From assembly GCA_039806935.1 (NCBI GenBank), contig JBDHQH010000001.1, positions 6,067 through 70,066 on the forward strand: 64,000 nt of DNA, given 5' to 3'. Positions 1-9,364 of this stretch are shown in pieces. Under the pieces are notes generated by a model that was given only the letters and a program-made list of their open reading frames with translations, made no database searches and had not been told where the DNA came from. This stretch comes from Verrucomicrobiota bacterium (GTDB taxonomy: Bacteria; Verrucomicrobiota; Verrucomicrobiia; Limisphaerales; UBA8199). The position numbers and the translations under genes were made by a program. How positions within the stretch are numbered: position 1 is the first letter of the stretch; each line of letters begins with the position of its first letter.

Positions 1-521
1 TGCACACCAATGACGCGCCGGGCGCGCTGACGCGCCTGGTGGATATGGGAGTGGAGCCTTATCTGGTGGCCTCCTCGCTCGAAGCAGTGCTGGCGCAGCG
101 CCTCGTGCGCGTGCTCTGCGCCCGCTGCAAACAGGAGGATCGCTCCCCCGCCGCACGGACGTTCAAGCAACAGGCGAACATCCCGGCCAACACCGCAATT
201 TATAAATCCGTTGGCTGCCGCGAGTGCCGGCAAACCGGCTTCTTCGGCCGCCACGCCATCTTTGAATGGATGGACGCGGACAGCCAGATTCGCGAGCTGA
301 TCCTCAAACGCGCTTCGAGCGACCTGATCCGCGAAGCAGCGCGCGCCGCCGGGATGCGCGCGCTGGCCGAGGACGGCTGGCGGCTGGTCCGGCTGGGCGT
401 GACTACGGTCGAGGAGGTGTTGAGCGTGACGACCGCCAAGGAAGTGGCGCGGGCCACCGTCGCCCAAGCGGACCACGAACATCCGGCTGCCGCCGCCCCA
501 GCCAAGGCGGGAACTCATTGA
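1..521 (+). CDS. gspE: Type II secretion ATPase GspE, C-terminal fragment (5' end outside window)
   Basis: The reading frame is open to the window start (frame 3 reads [26 protein letters not shown]...). It has a GspE/PilB-type C-terminal region with the tetracysteine motif CARC...[12 protein letters not shown]. gspF follows 7 nt later. Confidence 0.9.
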   Translation, partial: HTNDAPGALTRLVDMGVEPYLVASSLEAVLAQRLVRVLCARCKQEDRSPAARTFKQQANIPANTAIYKSVGCRECRQTGFFGRHAIFEWMDADSQIRELILKRASSDLIREAARAAGMRALAEDGWRLVRLGVTTVEEVLSVTTAKEVARATVAQADHEHPAAAAPAKAGTH

Positions 522-527
522 CCGCGC

Positions 528-1769
528 ATGCCAACCTTCCAATACAAAGGATTGCACGCCAATGGCTCGCTGACTGAGGGAAAGCTTGAGGCGGCGGGCC
601 GCGCCGAAGCCTTTGCGCAAATGAGCGGGCAGGGCTTGCGGCCGGTCAGCCTGGTTGAATTGCAAGCCGGAAGGGCCTCCGCCGCGGGAGGCGCGCACGG
701 GCTGACCCTGCCGGGCTTTTCTCGCGCGGAGAAGATTTCGGCCCGCGCGCTCGAAAATTTCACCCGCCTGCTCTCGAGCCTGCTGGCGGCGGGCGTGCCG
801 CTCAGCCGCGCCTTGAGCATTTTGCACAAAGAGGCCGCCACGCCCGCGGCCACGGCCAAGTGGAAGGAAATTCACGGGTTGGTGATCGATGGCATGTCGC
901 TGGCCGACGCCATGGCCCGGTCCCCCGAGACCTTCCCGCGGGTTTACACCGCCATGGTCCAGGCGGGAGAGACCGGTGGATTTCTCGATCTGGTCCTGTC
1001 CCAGATCGCCGATTTCCAGGCCCGGGAGAAAGAACTGCGCTCGAAGGTGATGACCGCGATGTTGTATCCGGCCATTCTGCTCGCGTTGGCGGTCGGGGTG
1101 GTGATTTTTCTGCTGACATTTTTTATTCCAAGATTCCAGTTGGTGTTCGCGGGGTTTGGGGCGGCGCTGCCTTTGCCCACCCAAATTGTGATCGGCGTGA
1201 GCGAATCGGTCCGCTCCTACGGATTGCTGGCGCTGGCCCTCTGTTTTGCCGCCGCCATTTCGCTGCGCAACTGGCTGCTTTCAGAATCCGGCCGGCGCGC
1301 CTGGGAGGGTTTGATTTTGCGGGCCCCGCTGGCGGGACCGCTCGTTGCCCAGTTCGCCATGGCGCGCTTCTGCCGGATGCTGGGAACCTTGTTGGGCGCC
1401 GGCGTGCCTCTGGTGCAAGCCCTGAATGTGGCGCGCAAATCAATTGGCAACCAGATTCTGGTGGATGCGGTCGCAAAATCCATCGAGCGCGTGCAGGAGG
1501 GCGGCCAGCTCGGCGGCAGCCTGGCCGATTGCAAAGGCTTATTCCCCGGTTCGGTGCTGGAGATGATTTCCGTGGCTGAGGAAAGCGGCCGGCTCGATCA
1601 GGAATTAGTGCGCGTCGCCAACGTCACCGAGGGAGATTTGGATCGCCAGCTCAAGACCGCGGTCGCTTTTGCCGAACCGCTCATGCTGTTCATCATCGCC
1701 GCGTTCATCGGAACCATCTTCATTAGCATGGTGCTGCCGATTTTCACTCTTCAGGATTACATCAAATGA
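528..1769 (+). CDS. gspF: Type II secretion inner-membrane platform protein GspF/PilC family
   Basis: 413 aa and polytopic. Two internally repeated halves are visible (LSSLLAAGVPLSRAL / LGTLLGAGVPLVQAL). The C-terminal TM EPLMLFIIAAFIGTIFISMVLPIF is typical of GspF, and the gene sits between gspE and gspG. Confidence 0.9.
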   Translation: MPTFQYKGLHANGSLTEGKLEAAGRAEAFAQMSGQGLRPVSLVELQAGRASAAGGAHGLTLPGFSRAEKISARALENFTRLLSSLLAAGVPLSRALSILHKEAATPAATAKWKEIHGLVIDGMSLADAMARSPETFPRVYTAMVQAGETGGFLDLVLSQIADFQAREKELRSKVMTAMLYPAILLALAVGVVIFLLTFFIPRFQLVFAGFGAALPLPTQIVIGVSESVRSYGLLALALCFAAAISLRNWLLSESGRRAWEGLILRAPLAGPLVAQFAMARFCRMLGTLLGAGVPLVQALNVARKSIGNQILVDAVAKSIERVQEGGQLGGSLADCKGLFPGSVLEMISVAEESGRLDQELVRVANVTEGDLDRQLKTAVAFAEPLMLFIIAAFIGTIFISMVLPIFTLQDYIK

Positions 1770-1782
1770 CCCGCTCAAGCTT

Positions 1783-2232
1783 ATGAAACTCCGCCCCCTT
1801 CACCCTGCCTCGATCCCCAGCCGCGCCCCGCACGGCTTCACGCTGGTGGAATTGCTCCTGGTGCTCGTCATCCTTGGCATTTTGGCGGCCATCGTCATCC
1901 CCAAATTCTCGGGCCGCACCGAGCAGGCGAAAGAGCAGGCCGCGGTCACGCAGATCGCGACCTTTCGCACCGCGCTGGACGCCTTCGAGGTGGACAACGG
2001 TTACTACCCAAAAGGCCGCGGCGGTTTGCAGGATCTGATCGTGCAGCCGCGCGACGCGCAAAACTGGCGCGGACCGTACTTGCAGACCGATCGCATTCCC
2101 GCTGATCCCTGGGGCAACGAGTACCTTTACGAATGCCCGGGACGGCACAATCCCTCCTCTTATGACGTAAGCTCGGCCGGGCCGCCGGGAGGAGACAAAG
2201 TGATCGCCAACTGGAGCACGCAGAAGCGCTGA
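1783..2232 (+). CDS. gspG: Major pseudopilin GspG
   Basis: Start chosen at ATG 1783 inside track ORF 1669..2232. It has a prepilin leader then G/FTLVELLLVLVILGILAAIVIPKF, and the GspG-typical DPWGNEYLY motif. Confidence 0.9.
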   Translation: MKLRPLHPASIPSRAPHGFTLVELLLVLVILGILAAIVIPKFSGRTEQAKEQAAVTQIATFRTALDAFEVDNGYYPKGRGGLQDLIVQPRDAQNWRGPYLQTDRIPADPWGNEYLYECPGRHNPSSYDVSSAGPPGGDKVIANWSTQKR

Positions 2233-2249
2233 GCGAGGCGAAACCGGCC

Positions 2250-2861
2250 ATGAACGATTTGACGCAGCGAAGGAGCAGCTCCGCGTGGCGTAGCCCGCCG
2301 CCGCTTCCAGTCGAGGCGAGCCGCGCGGCACGCCGCGCCTTCACGCTGATCGAACTGATTCTGGTGATGACGCTGTTGCTGATCGCAGTATCGCTCACCG
2401 CGCCGGCCCTGGCGAATTTCTTTCGCGGACGCGCGCTGGATTCCGAGGCCCGGCGGTTGCTGGCGCTCACACGGCTGGGTCAGAGTCGCGCAGTCTCGGA
2501 GGGGGTTCCGGTCGAACTCTGGATCGCTCCTTCCGGGAATACTTTCGGTCTGGAGATCGAGCCCGCGTTCGAGCCTGAAGATCCCCGGGCGGAGATTTTC
2601 ACGCTGGATGCCGCGCTGCGCATCGAGGTGGACAACCGTGTCGCGGGCAACGCCCACCCCCGCCTGGATTTGGCCGCCTCAGCCGCCGATCCCGGCCTCA
2701 GCCGCCACCCTGGCTGGCCGCGGATACGATTCCTGCCGGACGGCGGATTTGATGAGAACAGCCCGCCGGCCTTGCGTCTTTCCGGACGGGAAGGCGGCGA
2801 ATTGTGGCTGACGCAAAGCCGCAACCACCTGAGCTATGAACTGCGCGCGCGCCCGGATTAA
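2250..2861 (+). CDS. gspH: Minor pseudopilin, GspH/FimT-like
   Basis: A roughly 30-aa leader is followed by AFTLIELILVMTLLLIAVSLTAPAL. The gene lies directly after gspG and has GspH-like size. Confidence 0.65.
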   Translation: MNDLTQRRSSSAWRSPPPLPVEASRAARRAFTLIELILVMTLLLIAVSLTAPALANFFRGRALDSEARRLLALTRLGQSRAVSEGVPVELWIAPSGNTFGLEIEPAFEPEDPRAEIFTLDAALRIEVDNRVAGNAHPRLDLAASAADPGLSRHPGWPRIRFLPDGGFDENSPPALRLSGREGGELWLTQSRNHLSYELRARPD

Positions 2862-3270
2862 CCGCTCTCTCCAGGGGGCGTTTACGCTGGCCGAAGTCAT
2901 GGCGGCGCTGGTGTTTATGGCCATTGTCATCCCGGTGGCGATTGAAGCCCTGAGCATCGCGGGCCGGAGCGGCGAGGTGGCCGCCCTCAAAAACCAGGCG
3001 GCCCTGGTGGCCGATCAGGTGCTCAACGAGAGCCTGGTCACAACGAACTGGGAGCAGACGGCGCGAAGCGGAATCACCCGGCAGGGTTTCCGCGAGTTTC
3101 GCTGGACTTTGCGCAACGAGCTGTGGAACGGCGATCCCGCCCAGAGCGAACTCCGCCAACTTACGGCGGAAGTCGCGTTTCAAGCCCAGGGCCGCGATTA
3201 TTCAGTCGAGTTGAGCACTCTGGCGCTGAGCCCCTCGTTGTTCGGACAAACCAATTCCGCCGCATGGTAG
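2836..3270 (+). CDS. gspI: Minor pseudopilin, GspI-like
   Basis: N-terminal QGAFTLAEVMAALVFMAIVIPVAIEAL prepilin-type helix, small size (144 aa) and position in the gsp order. Confidence 0.6.
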   Translation: MNCARARINRSLQGAFTLAEVMAALVFMAIVIPVAIEALSIAGRSGEVAALKNQAALVADQVLNESLVTTNWEQTARSGITRQGFREFRWTLRNELWNGDPAQSELRQLTAEVAFQAQGRDYSVELSTLALSPSLFGQTNSAAW

Positions 3271-3977
3271 TCGAGGTTCTCCCCACTCACCGGCGCTCTC
3301 GCGCGGGCTTCACCCTCATCGAGATGCTGCTGGCGCTGGCCATTTCGGCGATTGTGCTGGCGGCGATCGGCGGCGTATTTTTCGGCGCGTTCCGTTTGCG
3401 CGAGCGCACCACGGCTTTGCTGGATCAAACCGCGCCGCTCTGCCAGGCGCTCGCCCGGGTGCGGCGCGACCTGCGCGGCACGCTGCCGCCCTCCGGGTAT
3501 CTCGCCGGCGACTTCAAATGCGCGCCGCTGGGAGGCGGCGGCGCGAATCAGAGCTTTTCGTTGCAGTTTTCCACTACCACCGGCCAGCCCCAAGCCGGCG
3601 TGGCCGGTTGCGACATTCAAGAGATCATCTATGAACTGCGGGACAGCGCGGCCGGCGGTTTCCGCGGCGGCAAGGATTTGATCCGCAGCGTGGTTCGCAA
3701 CGTTCTGACCGCGGGAATCCTCGAGACCGAGGATCAGCTTGTGCTCGGGCGCGTTGAGAGTCTGGAGTTTGCCTGTTATGACGGCTTTCAATGGCGGGAT
3801 ACCTGGGACACCAGCCTGAGCGATACCAACCTGCCTTCGGCAGTGCGGCTGCGCCTGCGGTTAAGCGCGCCGGATCTTTCCCGAGGGATCGACCCCGGCG
3901 AACCGATTGAACTAGTTGTGCCGCTGCTCTGCCAGTCGCGGACCAACCATCTCTCCGCCGGGGAGGGAAGCGAATGA
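3264..3977 (+). CDS. gspJ: Minor pseudopilin, GspJ-like
   Basis: Start chosen at ATG 3264 (ATGGTAG overlap with the gspI stop) inside track ORF 3123..3977. It has the RAGFTLIEMLLALAISAIVLAAIGGVF prepilin helix. Confidence 0.6.
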   Translation: MVVEVLPTHRRSRAGFTLIEMLLALAISAIVLAAIGGVFFGAFRLRERTTALLDQTAPLCQALARVRRDLRGTLPPSGYLAGDFKCAPLGGGGANQSFSLQFSTTTGQPQAGVAGCDIQEIIYELRDSAAGGFRGGKDLIRSVVRNVLTAGILETEDQLVLGRVESLEFACYDGFQWRDTWDTSLSDTNLPSAVRLRLRLSAPDLSRGIDPGEPIELVVPLLCQSRTNHLSAGEGSE

Positions 3978-5341
3978 TTCCGTCGCGAGCAACCGAGCGC
4001 GGTTCGACGTTCATCGTGGTGCTCTGGGTCAGCCTGGGTTTGGTGAGCCTGGCGCTCTATTTCGCCAACTCGATGATGTTTGAATTGCGCGCCTCGGACA
4101 ACCGGGTCAGCGGCCTGGCCGCCGATCAAGCGATCGAGGGAGCCATCCAATACGTCAGTTACGCGCTGACCGCGTACGAAACCAACGGCGTGATGCCCGA
4201 CCCTGCCACCTACTTGAATGAGGCGGTGCCGGTGGGGCGTTCGCATTTCTGGTTGATCGGGCGGGAGACCAATGCCAGCGCCGCTTCGGTGACGTTTGGT
4301 CTCGTCGATGAGGCCTCGAAGATAAATTTAAACACGGCCACGAGCAACATGCTGGTGTACCTGCCCCGCATGAGCCTCGATCTGGTCCAAGCCATCCTCG
4401 ATTGGCGCGATACCAACGGCGGCAGCGGCGCCTTTGACACCTGGTACGGCATGCGCAAGCCCGCGTATCAGAACAAATCGGCCCCTTTCGAGAGCATCGA
4501 GGAGTTGCGGTTGCTCTACGCGGCGGATGATTACACCCTGGTCGGCGAGGATCGCAATCTGAACGGCGTGCTCGATCCCGATGAGAGCCGAGGGCAGCCG
4601 GTGGTTTCTTTCGAGGAAGCGCTGCTTGAGGACGTCACGGTCTTTAGCCGGGAACCCAACACCTACAGCAACGGCACACCCCGGATCAATATTCGGAACC
4701 TCACCGCCGACGGTCCCTTGGCGCAGTTGCTGGAATCCGCACTGGGCCAGGGCCGGGCGCAGGCGGTGCTGGAGCGTCTCCAACTTACGGGCGCTTCCGG
4801 GCCACGCCCGCCTGGGGGGGGCGGCGGCGCGACTGTCAGCTTCACCAGTCCCCTGCATTTGTATCGCATCAGCGGCATGACCCCCGAGGAATTTGCGCTG
4901 ATCGGTCGCGCCCTTACCACGGTCAATGGCGACACGATCGAAGGCCGGGTGAATGTGAATACCGCCCCGGCAACCGTACTGGCCTGTTTGCCGGGATTGG
5001 TGGACGCTCCCGATTTGGCGCAGACGCTCACGCAGTACCGGCTGGCCAATCCCGGCCTGCTGGGTTCAGTCGCCTGGGTGGCTGAAGCTCTGGGTTCGGC
5101 CAACAGCACCGCCATCGAGGCCCTCCAGGCGACAGATTGCATCACCACCGAGAGCTATCAGTTTACGGCCGACATCGCCGCGCTGGGCCCGAATGGCCGC
5201 GGCTACCGGCGCGTGCGAGTTGTGCTCGACACCGCCACCGGACAACCCCGAGTCGTGTACCGGCAGGATCTCACCCATCTCGGTTGGGCTTTGGGCGGCG
5301 AGATTCGTAAAACCTGGCTGGCAGCCAACCCTCTCCCATGA
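3974..5341 (+). CDS. gspK: Minor pseudopilin GspK
   Basis: ATGA overlap with gspJ. It has an N-terminal hydrophobic helix (RGSTFIVVLWVSLGLVSLALYF), the GspK-typical DEASKINLNTAT motif and helix-hairpin-helix-like VNVNTAPATVLACLPGL. Confidence 0.75.
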   Translation: MIPSRATERGSTFIVVLWVSLGLVSLALYFANSMMFELRASDNRVSGLAADQAIEGAIQYVSYALTAYETNGVMPDPATYLNEAVPVGRSHFWLIGRETNASAASVTFGLVDEASKINLNTATSNMLVYLPRMSLDLVQAILDWRDTNGGSGAFDTWYGMRKPAYQNKSAPFESIEELRLLYAADDYTLVGEDRNLNGVLDPDESRGQPVVSFEEALLEDVTVFSREPNTYSNGTPRINIRNLTADGPLAQLLESALGQGRAQAVLERLQLTGASGPRPPGGGGGATVSFTSPLHLYRISGMTPEEFALIGRALTTVNGDTIEGRVNVNTAPATVLACLPGLVDAPDLAQTLTQYRLANPGLLGSVAWVAEALGSANSTAIEALQATDCITTESYQFTADIAALGPNGRGYRRVRVVLDTATGQPRVVYRQDLTHLGWALGGEIRKTWLAANPLP

Positions 5342-6783
5342 TCGATTCCTCCAAAAAATTATCTTTCAAGCGCTCCGCGCCGAGCAGGCTCCTGGGGCTC
5401 TCGCTGGATGGAACGCGCGTCGAGGCGGTGGTGCTCCAGCGGGTCAACGGATCGCTCACCGCCGGACCGCCGTCCACCTTCGCGCTCACGCTGGATCCGC
5501 TCACCGCCGATCCGCAACTCGTCGGGCGTGAACTGCGCAACCATTTGGATGCCGCCGGCATCCGGGAACGCGTCTGCGCGGTCGCGCTGCCCCTGAACTG
5601 GGCGCTCACCGCCGCCGTGGAGATCCCCGCGCTGCCCGAGGGAGATATTCCCGGCTTCCTGCTATTGGAGGCGGAGCGCGGTTTTCATTGCGACGCGGCA
5701 ACGCTGCGGGTTGAACCTTCCCGGTTTCAGACGCCCGGCGGCCAAAAGCACGCGCTGCTGGTGGGAATCCCCCAAACGCAATTGCAGACGCTCGCGCAAA
5801 TCATCCGCGCGGCCCGGCTCAAACCCGTAAGCTTTGGACTCGGCCTCGCCGCCCTGCAACCTCCGCCCCCGCCGGAACACGAAGGCGCCCTGGCCTTGCG
5901 CATCGGCGAGACCCGACTGGGCTTGCAGATTGCCTGCGGGGGGGGGATCGCCGCGTTGCGCGTAGTCGAGAGCGCGCTGGCCGCGGAAGGCCCCAAACGA
6001 AACGTGGATTCCGACCTGGTGACTCGTGAAATCCGCATCACCTTGGGGCAGATCCCCCCGGACTTGCGAGAGACCATCCGGCGAGTCCGGATCTTTGGCC
6101 CTCGGGATCTCGCCCAGCAATTGGCGGACGACCTGGAACTGCGCCTGGATTCCCTCAGTTTGAAAATCGAGCCGGTGACGCACTACGAAGCCAACGAGTT
6201 TGGCTTGAGCATCGCCAGCGAGGTCCCGATTACCACGGCCTGCAGCCTCGCCGCGCGCCGGCTGGCCAACCAGGGCACGTTCGAGTTTCTGCCGCCGCAA
6301 ATCAGCGCCTGGCGGCAACTGACCAATCGCTACGCCTCGGGCCGGTTGCGCACGGCGGGGATCGCCGCGGCGGGGATCGCGGCGTTGGTTCTCGGCGCGT
6401 TGTTGATTCAGCAAATTCAGCTTTGGCGCCTACAAGCTCAATGGAGCGAAATCGCCTCTAAAACCAAGGAACTCGAGCAAATCGAGGAGCAGGTGCGCCG
6501 CTACCGTGCCTGGTACGACGATTCGCTGCGGGTGATGAGCATCCTGCGGCAACTCACCCTGGCCTTTCCCGAGGAGGGCTCGGTCTGGGCGCGCACCATC
6601 GAGATTCGCGATGCCGGCGCGGTGGCTTGCACCGGGTTGGCGCGTGACCATCAATCGCTGCTGAAAACCCATGAGCAGCTCCGCGCCGCCAACGGGGTGG
6701 CCGAGTTGAAGATCAGCCAGATTCGCGGCAAAACTCCGGAACAATTCACCTTTGATTTCGTCTGGCGGGGAGGCCGGCCGTGA
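5338..6783 (+). CDS. gspL: GspL-like assembly protein (cytoplasmic actin-like domain, one TM, periplasmic domain)
   Basis: ATGA overlap with gspK. A roughly 330-aa N-terminal soluble domain is followed by a single TM (AGIAAAGIAALVLGALLIQQI) and a roughly 120-aa C-terminal domain. Architecture and position match GspL or a PilM-PilN fusion. No strong motif was recognised. Confidence 0.55.
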   Translation: MIDSSKKLSFKRSAPSRLLGLSLDGTRVEAVVLQRVNGSLTAGPPSTFALTLDPLTADPQLVGRELRNHLDAAGIRERVCAVALPLNWALTAAVEIPALPEGDIPGFLLLEAERGFHCDAATLRVEPSRFQTPGGQKHALLVGIPQTQLQTLAQIIRAARLKPVSFGLGLAALQPPPPPEHEGALALRIGETRLGLQIACGGGIAALRVVESALAAEGPKRNVDSDLVTREIRITLGQIPPDLRETIRRVRIFGPRDLAQQLADDLELRLDSLSLKIEPVTHYEANEFGLSIASEVPITTACSLAARRLANQGTFEFLPPQISAWRQLTNRYASGRLRTAGIAAAGIAALVLGALLIQQIQLWRLQAQWSEIASKTKELEQIEEQVRRYRAWYDDSLRVMSILRQLTLAFPEEGSVWARTIEIRDAGAVACTGLARDHQSLLKTHEQLRAANGVAELKISQIRGKTPEQFTFDFVWRGGRP

Positions 6784-7319
6784 AGCTCAAGAATCGTCAA
6801 CAAATCCTGCTCCTCGTGGTGGGCGCCGCCATCGCGCTTCTGCTGCTGGACCGGGTGGTGCTCTCCACTCTCGGCGGCGCCTGGCGACAGCGCTCGGCCC
6901 GGATTCAGGAACTTCGGAAAAAAGTGGCGAACGGAAAATGGATGATCCAGCGCGAAATGAGCCTGCGGACACGCTGGGATTTCATGCAAACAAACGCCCT
7001 GCCCTCGAACATCTCGGTCGCCGAACAGCAACTGCTCAAAGCTTTCGATGGTTGGGCGCAGGAGAGCCGCGTAACCATTCTCTCCATCGGCTTGCAACGC
7101 AAACGTGAGGCGGACGATTACTTGAGCCTGGATTGCCGGCTGGAAGCCTCGGGCAGCCTGGGCGCCATCTCACAATTCTTATATGCGATCGAACGGAATC
7201 CGATGGCGCTGCTCCTGCAGAATGTCGAGTTGAGCGCGCGGGACAACGACGGCCAACAACTGGCGCTCGGGTTGCAGATTAGCGGCCTGGTGTTGGGAGC
7301 TTCCCAGGAACAAAAATGA
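6780..7319 (+). CDS. GspM/PilO-like bitopic assembly protein
   Basis: GTGA overlap with the upstream gene. It has an N-terminal TM (QQILLLVVGAAIALLLLDRVVL) plus a roughly 140-aa periplasmic domain. The call is by position and architecture only. Confidence 0.45.
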   Translation: MKLKNRQQILLLVVGAAIALLLLDRVVLSTLGGAWRQRSARIQELRKKVANGKWMIQREMSLRTRWDFMQTNALPSNISVAEQQLLKAFDGWAQESRVTILSIGLQRKREADDYLSLDCRLEASGSLGAISQFLYAIERNPMALLLQNVELSARDNDGQQLALGLQISGLVLGASQEQK

Positions 7320-8050
7320 AACGATCCTTGCTCTTTCGATTGACTCCTCCAATCGCGGCCCCCTCCGTCGCGCGGGCCGGGCGTTGGTGCTGGCTCGCTC
7401 TGCTGGCCCCGGTGCTGTGCTCCGGCGCGGATTCACCAGGCTTCGCCGCCTTCAAGATAATCGGAGATCGAAACATTTTCAGCCCGCGCCGGATCGCCTC
7501 GGTCAGCGAGACGCCGCGCGCGACCCGGCGCGCGCCGCGGGTGGACACGCTCACCCTCGTCGGCACGATGGAGTACGATGAAGGACCAGTGGCCTTCTTT
7601 GACGGATCCAGCAGCCAGTATCGCAAGGCGGTGCGGCCCGGTGAGAGTATTGCCGGCTTCCAATTAAGCTGGGTGCGTCCCGCCTCGGTGGTGTTAAGCC
7701 TCGGAACAAATCACTTTGAAGTGGCGATGGGAGGACAGCTTCGCCGGGAAGAGGATAGCGAATGGCGCTTGGCCGCCACGCCGGAATTGCCTGCCCTGGC
7801 GCATTCAAACCGCGCTGGCCCGGGAGCGGGCCCGGGGCCTGCAATCCTGCAACCGGCTCCCCCTGCGCCGGGCGGCGCCAACGCCAGTCCCCAAGTCGTC
7901 ATTTTGGATCCCGAAGGCGAGGAGCTGGCTGGGTTTCCGTCCGAAATGACGCCGACCAATGGCCTGCCCGAGGCCAATGCAGGCGAAACCGACCCCGTTC
8001 TTTTGCGCCTGCGCCAACGAGCCGCCGCCGAGCGCGGCGACCGAGAATAA
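7316..8050 (+). CDS. Secreted/anchored protein, possibly GspC/PilP-like secretin-interacting component
   Basis: ATGA overlap with the upstream gene and an N-terminal hydrophobic signal or anchor. A central beta-rich segment (LTLVGTMEYDEGPVAFFDGSSSQYRKAVRPGESIAGFQLSWVRPASVVLS) resembles the PilP/GspC HR-domain pattern. The tail is Pro/Gly-rich. Confidence 0.35.
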   Translation: MKRSLLFRLTPPIAAPSVARAGRWCWLALLAPVLCSGADSPGFAAFKIIGDRNIFSPRRIASVSETPRATRRAPRVDTLTLVGTMEYDEGPVAFFDGSSSQYRKAVRPGESIAGFQLSWVRPASVVLSLGTNHFEVAMGGQLRREEDSEWRLAATPELPALAHSNRAGPGAGPGPAILQPAPPAPGGANASPQVVILDPEGEELAGFPSEMTPTNGLPEANAGETDPVLLRLRQRAAAERGDRE

Positions 8051-8053
8051 TCA

Positions 8054-9352
8054 ATGATCCACCGATTCCAATCCATGAAACCCAGACTGATGATTCCCCT
8101 GGCGCTCCTCGCCGTGGCGGGAGCCTGGCTGCTCCGGGCCCAGACCTCCAATCCCCCGCCGTCTGAAGCCCTTGCCGCTACCAACTCTCACCCGGCGGCC
8201 GCCAGCGCCAGCTCCGCGCCGGCCGCCCCAATCGCGCCCACACCCCCGGCCCCGCCCCCCCCCGCCAGCGAACCCCCTTCCCCACCGCCGGCCGCCCCGC
8301 TCAATCCCGACGAACTGCGCCTCAACTTCCGGGGCGCGCCACTGGACACCGTGCTCAATTATCTGAGCGAGGCGGCGGGGTTCATCATCGTGCTCGAGGC
8401 GCAACCCCGCGGCAAAGTGGATGTGCTCAGCAACCAGCCGCTCACGCGCGAGGAAGCGGTGGACTTGCTGAACACCGTGCTCGCCAAGAACGGCTACGCC
8501 GCCATCCGCCGAGGGCGCACCTTGACCATCGTCAATAAGGATGAGGCCAAAACGAAAGCCATTCCGGTGAAGATGGGCAGCGATCCGGACCAAATCCCCG
8601 ACAATGACGAGTTTGTAACTCAAATCATCCCGGTTCGCTTCGTTGAGGCGGGCCAACTCATCAAGGATTTGCAGCCGCTGGTGTCTCCGCAAACCGCCCT
8701 GACCGCGAACGAATCGGGAAACTCGATTGTGATCACGGATACCCAGGCCAACATCCGCCGGGTCGCCGAAATCGTGCGGGCCATTGATGCCGGGGCCGAG
8801 GATGTCACCGAAGTCCGGGTGTTTCACTTGCAATACTCGGATCCCAACGAGATGTCCGATCTGCTGGCCAATCTCTTCCCGGACGACAGCCGCACCGGCA
8901 GCTCTCAGTCGCCCGTTCAATTCAGCAGCTTCCGCAGCCGCTTTTTCGGAGGTTTCGGGGGCAGTCCCGGCTCCAGCAGCGCGGCCAATAACCAAAACGC
9001 CCGCGTGAAAAAACGGAATCGCGTCCTGGCGGTGCCCGATCCCCGCACTTCCTCGGTGGTGGTGACCGCCTCCAAGGATCTCATCGATCAAATCGCGGCG
9101 GTGGTTACGGAACTGGACTCGAACCCCGCCCGCAAACAAACGGTGCGGGTCTTCACGCTGCAAAATGCCTCGCCAGAGGAGGCGCGCCAGGTGCTGCAGG
9201 ATATGTTTGAAAAAAACACCACGGCGAACAATCGCAACACCACGCAAAACGTTTTGCAAAACCGCTCGCAACAGCAGAGCCAGACCTCCGCCAGCGCGGC
9301 CAGCCGGTCGCGCTCCGGCTCGAGTTCGCGCGGCCGCACCGTTGGCCGTTAA
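8054..9352 (+). CDS. gspD: T2SS secretin, N-terminal half only (signal peptide, Pro-rich linker, N0-N1-N2-like domains, Ser/Gln-rich tail)
   Basis: N0-like LNFRGAPLDTVLNYLSEAAGFIIVLEA...RTLTIVNKDEA, then two repeats of the secretin N-domain type (VFHLQYSDPNEMSDLLANLF and VFTLQNASPEEARQVLQDMF). The ORF ends at a TAA stop without any secretin pore domain. An alternative start is ATG 8075 (MKPRLMIPLALLAVAGAWLLRAQ). Confidence 0.75.
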   Translation: MIHRFQSMKPRLMIPLALLAVAGAWLLRAQTSNPPPSEALAATNSHPAAASASSAPAAPIAPTPPAPPPPASEPPSPPPAAPLNPDELRLNFRGAPLDTVLNYLSEAAGFIIVLEAQPRGKVDVLSNQPLTREEAVDLLNTVLAKNGYAAIRRGRTLTIVNKDEAKTKAIPVKMGSDPDQIPDNDEFVTQIIPVRFVEAGQLIKDLQPLVSPQTALTANESGNSIVITDTQANIRRVAEIVRAIDAGAEDVTEVRVFHLQYSDPNEMSDLLANLFPDDSRTGSSQSPVQFSSFRSRFFGGFGGSPGSSSAANNQNARVKKRNRVLAVPDPRTSSVVVTASKDLIDQIAAVVTELDSNPARKQTVRVFTLQNASPEEARQVLQDMFEKNTTANNRNTTQNVLQNRSQQQSQTSASAASRSRSGSSSRGRTVGR

Positions 9353-9364
9353 CCCCGCCCCGCC

